This document shows, in pieces, positions 29,159 through 36,049 of a DNA stretch of 36,049 nt. The notes under the pieces were generated by a model. That model did not search any database and was not told where the DNA came from. It saw nothing but the letters and a program-made list of their open reading frames with translations. Origin of the DNA: an uncultured Pseudomonadota bacterium (GTDB lineage Bacteria; Myxococcota_A; UBA9042; CAIXZC01); contig CALGBT010000425.1 of NCBI GenBank assembly GCA_937884235.1, positions 1 through 36,049 of the forward strand. The letters run 5' to 3'. The position numbers and the translations under genes are program-made. Positions within the stretch are counted from its first letter, which is position 1. Each line of letters opens with the position of its first letter.

Positions 29159-30823
29159 ATGCGCAGAGTCTGGATGCTACTCGCTACAGGGTGTTGGCTC
29201 GTTGCGTGCGGGACCGCTACCCCGCGGGAAGACGAGGACCGGGCCGCACACCGGGGGGATCTCCTGACATTGCAGGAAATCGGTGGGGCTCGGGGCGATC
29301 TCCCCGGCGGGGATGGCAGGCCAGCCAACGAGGTGCGCTTCCCGGTGGACTCTCGCTTCCCCACCGAAGCAACCCCTGCCGACCACATGCCAGAGGACCT
29401 GGATACGGCCGATCCGACATTGGACATCGTCGAAATCTATGATCCCCCGGCTGATACCTGGTCCGACACGCTCGCCATCGATTCCGCCGACGTCAGCCTC
29501 GCCGATGCCAGCAACGACCAGGCCGGAACGCCCGACTCAGCAGCGACAGAGGTCACCTCGTGCCCCATCTGTGATGACCTCGACCCCTGCAACGGACTCG
29601 AGGGCTGCGACCCCGATACCGGGACCTGCGTAACCGAGAGTTTCCCCGCCTGCCCCAAGGCACCGCCCGAATGCAGCCAGCAAGGGGGAGATGGGGGCCC
29701 CGCAAGCGGGAAGATCGTCTCGACCACTGCCGGCGGCTTCCGGCTCTACGACGAGGACGAGTGGGCGACCAGCGCATCCGTGCTCGATCAATTGGAGCAG
29801 CACTGGAGTATCACCCCAACGACCCTGGACGACGTGCTCGATAACTTGAACCGGACGGCCATCAAGGTCTCCAAGGTCACCGGGACCGAATGCTTTCACA
29901 CCGGCTACACCTGGAACTCCGGAGACCAGGGCGTCACCTACTGGTACCCGCAAGGCATCACCGGTTCTGGCGATGCCACCAATGGAGGGGACTGGAACGG
30001 ACGCAAAGTGAACATCGTCAGCTGGTATCACAAACCGGAAAACGACTCTGCAGGCAGCCCCAACAAGGGCGTGAGGCTCTCAGTTGCGGACGTCACCTCC
30101 ATGGGCGACATCCACTACCGCCTCGTGCTGCTGGTCAAGCCGGTAATGAAGAACGGAATCCCCGACTTCGAGGCTGTCCCGGTGCACGCCGGGGGCATCG
30201 TTTGGTACGCCAACTACCTCTACGTCGCGGACACGAGCAAGGGGTTCCGGGTCTTTGACATGAACCGCATACTCAAAGTGCAAACCGGTGGCGACAAGGA
30301 CCTCATCGGCAAGGTCTCTGAGCAGACCGGATACGTGGCCCACAACTACCTCTACGTGATTCCCCAGGTTACCCGCTACCGGCTGTGCGCAAAGTCATGC
30401 TGCGCCCGCTTCTCTTACGTCTCGCTGGACCGGTCGACCTCACCCCATTCCCTGCTGGCCGGGGAGTACACCGCCGGTGCCCCCAGCGGGCGCGTCCACC
30501 GCTGGCCACTGGATGAAGCTACCGGACAGATGCTCCTTACCGGCGGGCGCGTCCAGGCGACCGAGGCCCACTACCCGGGCGTGGAGAATATGCAGGGCGG
30601 GTTCTCGTGGCAGGGCCACTACTTCCTCTCGTGCAGCGGCGGCGACCGAGGCCTCTACATTGGCAAGCCGGGGCAGGCAGTGCAAAAGAGAAGCTGGCCC
30701 AACGGCCCCGAAGACCTGACCTATGCTCCTGCCACCGACAACCTGTGGAGCCTCACCGAACACCCCGGCAGCCGCTACGTATTCGCCGTGAAGAAGACCC
30801 AGATCCAGACCGGCTGCAACTGA
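29159..30823 (+). CDS. Lipoprotein: acidic linker, one Cys repeat, ~400-aa domain of unknown family
   Basis: ATG at 29159 after GGAGG. MRRVWMLLATGCWLVAC has a lipobox. CPICDDLDPCNGLEGCDPDTGTC. HAGGIVWYANYLYVADTSKGFRVFD. I recognise no catalytic motif. Confidence 0.8.
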   Translation: MRRVWMLLATGCWLVACGTATPREDEDRAAHRGDLLTLQEIGGARGDLPGGDGRPANEVRFPVDSRFPTEATPADHMPEDLDTADPTLDIVEIYDPPADTWSDTLAIDSADVSLADASNDQAGTPDSAATEVTSCPICDDLDPCNGLEGCDPDTGTCVTESFPACPKAPPECSQQGGDGGPASGKIVSTTAGGFRLYDEDEWATSASVLDQLEQHWSITPTTLDDVLDNLNRTAIKVSKVTGTECFHTGYTWNSGDQGVTYWYPQGITGSGDATNGGDWNGRKVNIVSWYHKPENDSAGSPNKGVRLSVADVTSMGDIHYRLVLLVKPVMKNGIPDFEAVPVHAGGIVWYANYLYVADTSKGFRVFDMNRILKVQTGGDKDLIGKVSEQTGYVAHNYLYVIPQVTRYRLCAKSCCARFSYVSLDRSTSPHSLLAGEYTAGAPSGRVHRWPLDEATGQMLLTGGRVQATEAHYPGVENMQGGFSWQGHYFLSCSGGDRGLYIGKPGQAVQKRSWPNGPEDLTYAPATDNLWSLTEHPGSRYVFAVKKTQIQTGCN

Positions 30824-30854
30824 CTAGCCCGAGGACACAAGAGCATGGGACGGA

Positions 30855-30888
30855 GGGACGGGGCAACCGTAGGACGCTGGCACGCAGG
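30855..30888. repeat. Dispersed intergenic repeat, copy B
   Basis: GGGACGGGGCAACCGTAGGACGCTGGCACGCAGG, about 28/32 identical to the core. Lies between convergent genes. Confidence 0.8.
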
Positions 30889-30924
30889 TGCGATAGGTTG
30901 GCGATACGACGAATAGGACTCTGT

Positions 30925-33900
30925 TCACTTCAAGACCCTGAACAAGATGTCGTCACTCGTGTCTTCCTCCGGCAACGGTCCGCTCCAACCTACCGCCACC
31001 TTGCCGGTCCCCAACACCGTGGCAAACGGAGTCTTCTGGTCGCCTGCCTCGCGCAGGTTCAGCAGCCGTGGAAATCTCGTCTGCTCGCCGGTGGGCTTCA
31101 TTGTCACCCCTCGCACTGCCACACCTCCAGCATCCAGGCCGGACAACTCGTAGGTCAGCACCATCTTGTTGGGTCCGGCGAAAGTGAGGGCCGGGTGCGC
31201 CGGCGCACCTTCCGCTTCAACTACGATCTGTGGGCCGATCATGGTCACGTTGGAGTCCAGTCGTTGGCACAACAGCTTGGCTCCAGCGCGCCAGCACACC
31301 ATGACGGCTCCGTCCACGTGGCGTGCAAGGGCCGGTTGGTCCGGAGGGCCGAAGGTGTCAATGAGGACGTCCCCGGCTACAGATGGCTGACCGTCCATGT
31401 CGAATCTGCTGACGTAGATACCGTCTCCGACTCCGCCCTTGCCGGCCCAGGCCACCAGGAACCCCGGATCAGCGCCATCGACCACGACCAACGATGCCTG
31501 CCCCTGGTTGCCTTCCGAGGTAGCGCTCAGGGGCAACTCACCGGTAAGGGGCGACCCATCAGAATCAAAGACCCGTCCACGCAGGTCATTGCCGGTCTGC
31601 AAGGATCCGTAACTGGTCCACGCCAGTACGATCCGACCGTCGGCCAGCATTCCCAGATCGGGGTCGAACTGAGAGTCAGCCGTCGTTTCGTTGACCCTGA
31701 ACTCGTTGGTAAGAGGAACGCCCTCGCTGCTGAAGACACGGGCATAGACATCCTCTACCTCCTCCTGGCCAAACGAGGTCCAGGCAACGGCAATAGTCTT
31801 GGCTCCGGCGGCAAATCCCACGGTAGGGGCCTCCTGCATTTGGGGCACCCACTGGTTGACCTGGATCTCCGCCCCCTCTGGAGAGAGGTCCAAGCCAAAG
31901 AGCCGCAGAGCAACTCCGGTGTCAGATCCATCCACCCCTTCCGCTTCCCAGGCAATAGCCAGGCGGCCGCCGTCAAGACCAACGGCGTCAGGTGCGCTCT
32001 GGGAGCCTTCCGTATTCTGATTGGCCCGCCGTTCCGCCGCACCAGCGACGGGCTTGCCTTCCTTGTTGAACTTTCGGAATCTGATGTCCTGACTGGTGTC
32101 GTTCAACTCCTGGGCCCACAACACCAGCCACTCGTCATTTGATTCCACGGCCGAGGGCCAGTGCTGGTTGCCAGCAGTGACTTTGTTGATGGGGAATTCG
32201 CCACCAACGGGCGTCAGGCTCTTGGCGAAGAGCCTCGCCTTGACTCCCCACCCGGCACCGTCTCCGTTCTCGTCGTGCCAAACCGCTGCAAAAGCGCCGT
32301 TGCTGAATGTCAGCGGACTGTCGGTGGTCGCCTGACCACCGACAGTTGCCTGATTCGCCGCCAGCGTGGCCCCAAGGGGCGTGCCGTCCGCCTTGAACAC
32401 CTGGACAAACGCATCACATTCGCCCGCTCCGTGGCACGTACTGAAGGTGACCACCACCTTGCCGTCCGAGAAAGCCTGGCAATGAGGCTGGGTATGTTTG
32501 CCGGACTCAGTTTCCGAAACAAGAACAGGAACGCCGAGCGCAGCGCCATCCTTGCCGCGGAGGGATAGCATGGCATTCCTCTCGCCCTCGTCGTCCGCCA
32601 CGTAGACCAGGGCCACAGTATCATTGGGAAGGACACAGGCCGACGGACTGATAATGGTCTCCAGGCCCAAAGTGGCTCCGGGGTCCAGGCTCGGGGTGAT
32701 GAAACTATAGAAAGCATCTCCTCCGGGGAGCCTGGCCACTACCCCGAATGAACCGTCGGTGAAAGCCACCGCCGAAACATCTCCGAACGCGTTGTCGGCT
32801 ACCGGTAGGGTCGTGCAATTGCAGTTGTCACAACTCTCCATCCCCGAAGAGTAGTCGTGTGGCTTGCGCACCGGCCCTAGACTCTGCCATTCCGACAACT
32901 GGTCACCGGACTTGTCGAACACGGCGTACACAAGGGAGGTCCAGACCTCCCAGTGACAGGCCGAATTCCAACCACACCCCAGTACGGTGGTCTGACCGTA
33001 CGAATATCCTGCTACAACCAGCCACTCTCCTGTAGCCAATGCCACAGCATCAGCCTTGAAGACGGTGGGACCGCATTGCCACGGGTCGTGGTCCCAGGTG
33101 GCCAGCAGATCCATCTCCCGGCCCACCTTGGTCATCTCCGCATCCAGAAACTGACCGGTGAGGGCCGCGTTGCCGGACCGCCAGACAGTGACCGTATCGC
33201 CAAAGCCAAGGTCGGCTGCCTGCTGGTGGCCATTGTTGGAGAGCGTAGATACCTGTTTGGTCAGGGTATTGAGTACCCGCTCGAAACAACCGTCCATCTT
33301 GCCAACGCAAACCCCGTTGAGGCAGGAATCCTCCATCGTGCAAAGGTCTCCGTCATCACAGTTGTTGCCATCCTCTGCCGGTTCGGTAATGCAGGACTCG
33401 CTCAATTCGTCGCAGGTGGCAGAGATGCACCCCGACCCATATTGCGAGCAGTCTCTGGGAATACCTGCGCTGCACAGTCCGTTGCCGTCGCAAGCGTCGT
33501 CCTCCGTGCAATAAAGGCCGTCTTCACACGGAGTTCCCGGGTCCTTCGGTACAAGAACGCAACTATATGTCAGGGGATCGTCGCTCTCGCAAACTCCAGC
33601 TTTGCAATCGTCGTCGTCGGCCGAGCAATCGGCGACGGGGCCGGGCAGACATTGGCCGTCGGAACACTTGTCGCCCACGGTGCAGCCGTAGTCGTCAGCA
33701 TTGCACAGGGTCCCCGGAGCCTTGTTGCCGGCGACGACGCATTCATCCAGGTCCTCGTCGCAGACCGCAAGCTTGCACTGACCCACAAGGGAGCCACAAT
33801 CGATGGGGTCCCCCCCCAGACATGAACCGTCCCCATCGCACTGGTCGCCATCGGTGCAGAAGAGGCCATCCTCACACGAGAAGCCGACCGGTGCCGCAAT

Positions 33901-35532
33901 TGTAGTACACTCGTACTCAAGAATACCGAGTGACTTGCAAGACCCCACCTCGCACGGGGCGACGCCGGCGCTGCAGTCCGCCCCAACTCCGGCCTGGCAT
34001 ACTCCGCCCAGACAATAATCAAGGGTGCATCCGTCGCCATCCAGTTCGCACTCCAACCAATCAAGGCCGGTTCCGGAATGACCGCAGGTGTGCTCCACTT
34101 CGTCACAAATGTCGACGGTACATGCGTTGCCGTCGTCGCAATCAGCATCAAGCAGACAACAGCCCCCCACCAGGTCACCGACGCATTTGCCGCTGTCACA
34201 GTGGTCGCCGAAAGTGCACGCGATCCCGTCATCGCACTCCCCTTCCACGGGATTGTGCGAGCATCCACCGGCACCATCGCAGACATCTGCGGTGCACTCC
34301 TCTCCATCATCGCAGGAGTAAACCTCTCCCTGGCAGACGCCCTCTACACACTCGTCCCCCGCGGTACACGGGTTGCCGTCCTGGCAGATGCTGTCGGATG
34401 GCACGTGGAAACATCCCGATTCGGGGTCACAGCCGTCCGTCGTGCACTGGTTGTCATCGCCACAGAAGAGGGGGCTGCCAAGACACCAACCACCACTGCA
34501 CTGGTCGTCGGTTGTGCAGGCGTTGCCGTCATCACACGAATCAGCGACGGGCGAGAATACACACCCCGTCGCGGACTGACAGGAGTCGGCAGTGCAGACG
34601 TTACCATCATTACAGGCCAACACAGCCTCTCCCGCCACACACTCCCCTTCGTGACAGGTGTCACCCAGAGAACAAACATCGTTGTCATCACAAGGCAATC
34701 CGTCGTTGGCGGGCGTTGGTTTGCACTCGCCATCACCTGGATCGCAGATGTTCTTCAGGCAGGTTGTGTCCCCGGCCTGGGAACACTGCGAGATGGACGA
34801 TTCGTCAAAGTCGCAGATCCCGGCGGCACAAATGTACACACCGGTACAAGGGTTGCCATCGCCCAGACCCTCACAATCGTCATCCTCACCACAGGGCACG
34901 CCCTTCACGGAAACCGGCGTGCAAACACCGGACAGGCATTCGCCAGACACCCATGGGGCATCCGCGTATTCGCATGCCCCGGAGACGTTGGTGTGGACGC
35001 ACCCTGCAGCCGGTTCACACGTATCCAATGTGCACTGGTTCTGATCGTCGCACGCAAGGTCCGGCAACGCATCACCCTTACACGAGCCGGCGGCGCACTG
35101 GTCGTTCTCAGTGCAAAGATCACCATCGTCGCAGGGCTCCTCGTTCACTGGCTCATGTACGCACCCGCCCTCCAGAGAGCAGGTATCAACAGTGCAAGGG
35201 TCCTCGTCATCACAGGACGGGTCATTGAGGCAGAGATTGCCACAGCCATCGTCCTCACCGCACTCCTTGTCTTCACAGACTGCTACACATTCCGGGCTCA
35301 CCTCTGAGGGGAAGAAGGCCTCCAACTCCGCAATGTCGGCAACCATCGCGTCCCCCGGCGTCACGTGCACGCCATCGGCAATAACATCACCAGGCAGGTA
35401 GACGGCGGCATCCTCCGAAAGGGAGTCCCCAGGAGCAGGTTCCCGCTGATCGGGCCTCCACGCAACGGGGGAGGAAACACAGCCAACCACAAGCGGTGCA
35501 AGAATGAACACCAACACAGAGGTCTTAGTCAT
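30925..35532 (-). CDS. Giant surface lipoprotein: ~670 aa of Cys-rich repeats plus ~790 aa of propeller-like repeats
   Basis: ATG at 35532 after AGGAG. MTKTSVLVFILAPLVVGC has a lipobox. CxDGNxCTxDxC-type repeats span 33286-35292. The C-terminal part repeats [VA]W...G[VI]..R.F...G.P...EF.VN....G.Q..P, e.g. IAVAWTSFGQEEVEDVYARVFSSEGVPLTNEFRVNETTADSQFDP. Confidence 0.9.
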   Translation of the reverse strand: MTKTSVLVFILAPLVVGCVSSPVAWRPDQREPAPGDSLSEDAAVYLPGDVIADGVHVTPGDAMVADIAELEAFFPSEVSPECVAVCEDKECGEDDGCGNLCLNDPSCDDEDPCTVDTCSLEGGCVHEPVNEEPCDDGDLCTENDQCAAGSCKGDALPDLACDDQNQCTLDTCEPAAGCVHTNVSGACEYADAPWVSGECLSGVCTPVSVKGVPCGEDDDCEGLGDGNPCTGVYICAAGICDFDESSISQCSQAGDTTCLKNICDPGDGECKPTPANDGLPCDDNDVCSLGDTCHEGECVAGEAVLACNDGNVCTADSCQSATGCVFSPVADSCDDGNACTTDDQCSGGWCLGSPLFCGDDNQCTTDGCDPESGCFHVPSDSICQDGNPCTAGDECVEGVCQGEVYSCDDGEECTADVCDGAGGCSHNPVEGECDDGIACTFGDHCDSGKCVGDLVGGCCLLDADCDDGNACTVDICDEVEHTCGHSGTGLDWLECELDGDGCTLDYCLGGVCQAGVGADCSAGVAPCEVGSCKSLGILEYECTTIAAPVGFSCEDGLFCTDGDQCDGDGSCLGGDPIDCGSLVGQCKLAVCDEDLDECVVAGNKAPGTLCNADDYGCTVGDKCSDGQCLPGPVADCSADDDDCKAGVCESDDPLTYSCVLVPKDPGTPCEDGLYCTEDDACDGNGLCSAGIPRDCSQYGSGCISATCDELSESCITEPAEDGNNCDDGDLCTMEDSCLNGVCVGKMDGCFERVLNTLTKQVSTLSNNGHQQAADLGFGDTVTVWRSGNAALTGQFLDAEMTKVGREMDLLATWDHDPWQCGPTVFKADAVALATGEWLVVAGYSYGQTTVLGCGWNSACHWEVWTSLVYAVFDKSGDQLSEWQSLGPVRKPHDYSSGMESCDNCNCTTLPVADNAFGDVSAVAFTDGSFGVVARLPGGDAFYSFITPSLDPGATLGLETIISPSACVLPNDTVALVYVADDEGERNAMLSLRGKDGAALGVPVLVSETESGKHTQPHCQAFSDGKVVVTFSTCHGAGECDAFVQVFKADGTPLGATLAANQATVGGQATTDSPLTFSNGAFAAVWHDENGDGAGWGVKARLFAKSLTPVGGEFPINKVTAGNQHWPSAVESNDEWLVLWAQELNDTSQDIRFRKFNKEGKPVAGAAERRANQNTEGSQSAPDAVGLDGGRLAIAWEAEGVDGSDTGVALRLFGLDLSPEGAEIQVNQWVPQMQEAPTVGFAAGAKTIAVAWTSFGQEEVEDVYARVFSSEGVPLTNEFRVNETTADSQFDPDLGMLADGRIVLAWTSYGSLQTGNDLRGRVFDSDGSPLTGELPLSATSEGNQGQASLVVVDGADPGFLVAWAGKGGVGDGIYVSRFDMDGQPSVAGDVLIDTFGPPDQPALARHVDGAVMVCWRAGAKLLCQRLDSNVTMIGPQIVVEAEGAPAHPALTFAGPNKMVLTYELSGLDAGGVAVRGVTMKPTGEQTRFPRLLNLREAGDQKTPFATVLGTGKVAVGWSGPLPEEDTSDDILFRVLK

Positions 35533-35627
35533 AAAAGGCTCCTGACAACGGTCTTCTTCGGCCATTCTACAACGGCGAAATGAAAACTAAAAGGTCCATG
35601 GAGAGATCGGGGGACGGGGGGATAGCT

Positions 35628-35825
35628 TCAGTCGCCGAGCACAACGAATCGACCGACCGCGGAGAAGTCCGGGCTGAGCCCTTCGGACCAGGCTGCGAAC
35701 ACCACGTGGTCGTTGACCCGGGTGAGTGCGGGAGAGTACGGGGCCGCATAGGCATCGTTGAGCTTCTCGGCCGCCCCCACCGGTGCAAGATCCGGGGAGG
35801 CTGAGCAGCCCCGGAGGAGAAGAAC
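35628..35825 (-). pseudogene. Possible remnant of a small lipoprotein or propeller-blade gene
   Basis: Open frame VLLLRGCSASPDLAPVGAAEKLNDAYAAPYSPALTRVNDHVVFAAWSEGLSPDFSAVGRFVVLGD*. It has a lipobox-like LRGC but no start codon upstream: a TGA lies immediately 5', inside the tandem repeat. The blade resembles the repeats of 30925..35532. Confidence 0.3.
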
Positions 35826-35864
35826 TCAGTGACGGAGAACTCAGAGGGGAGAACTCAGTGACGG
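35821..35864. repeat. Three tandem ~15-nt units abutting repeat copy C
   Basis: AGAACTCAGTGACGG / AGAACTCAGAGGGG / AGAACTCAGTGACGG. Confidence 0.75.
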
Positions 35865-35943
35865 GGCGTCCGTAGGACGCTGGCGCGCGGGCATGCGAGG
35901 GGCTGACGCGGTGTTTTGAGATGGGCGGGCGACGTAGTGTTGG
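35859..35943. repeat. Dispersed intergenic repeat, copy C (core plus tail)
   Basis: The core GTGACGGGGCGTCCGTAGGACGCTGGCGCGCGGG is followed by GGCTGACGCGGTGTTTTGAGATGGGCGGGCGACGTAGTGTT. That tail is homologous to 4168-4235. Confidence 0.8.
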
Positions 35944-36049
35944 TCCGCCGTCGCCTGGGTGGTGCCCGGGTAGATCCTACGGTGGGCGGCGTTGCTGGGC
36001 GCGACATCAGTGCCCGCGTTGAGCGGGGCTATGGCGAGATTCCTTTCGG

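Noticed and set aside
28975-29427. 150-aa minus ORF in the divergent region before 29159..30823.
   Set aside because: R/S/P-rich with no SD. It overlaps the better-supported lipoprotein gene start.
30607-35307. Several long + strand ORFs: 30607..32142, 32953..33825, 33930..35228, 34078..35307.
   Set aside because: Arg/Pro/His-rich or I/V-rich nonsense lying opposite the 1535-aa Cys-repeat gene, which has a lipobox, an SD and consistent repeat structure.
35821-35864. Tandem repeats considered as a CRISPR fragment.
   Set aside because: The units are ~15 nt and directly adjacent with no spacers. There are only three copies and no cas genes.

Overview
High-GC (~60%) chromosomal segment from a Gram-negative organism, probably Myxococcota-like. 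That placement is an inference from thrombospondin type-3 repeats, a MYXO-CTERM-like tail, slime-mold-type Cys repeats and many lipobox signal peptides. I support about 23 genes. I saw no rRNA, tRNA, CRISPR array, transposase, integrase or phage genes. At least 10 of the genes encode exported lipoproteins. These include two giant Cys-rich repeat proteins of about 1680 and 1535 aa, a TSP3-repeat protein, a 5-heme cytochrome c, a matrixin-like protease with a six-module Cys-rich partner, and a secreted ComEC-type MBL hydrolase. Ordinary genes sit among them: a GT4 glycosyltransferase with a mini EamA transporter, a rubrerythrin/ferritin-like protein, the macro-domain deacetylase YmdB, and OsmC. 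Two loci deserve the closest look. (1) At 7036-9757, a B12-binding radical SAM enzyme continues in frame into a lipoprotein-like module: a signal-peptide-like segment, 7 tandem acidic/proline repeats, then a beta domain. An 82-aa acidic ORF lies just upstream and a giant adhesin-like gene follows. (2) At 14902-17381, a stand-alone corrinoid (B12)-binding protein is translationally coupled to a DUF1638-GAF-histidine kinase, with no response regulator in the window. At the non-coding level there is a dispersed intergenic repeat family (core GACGGGGCGTCCGTAGGACGCTGGCGCGCGGG, at least 4-5 loci). There is also a 42-nt element shared at 35/42 identity upstream of two minus-strand operons. All family names come from motif recognition by eye; no database search was run.
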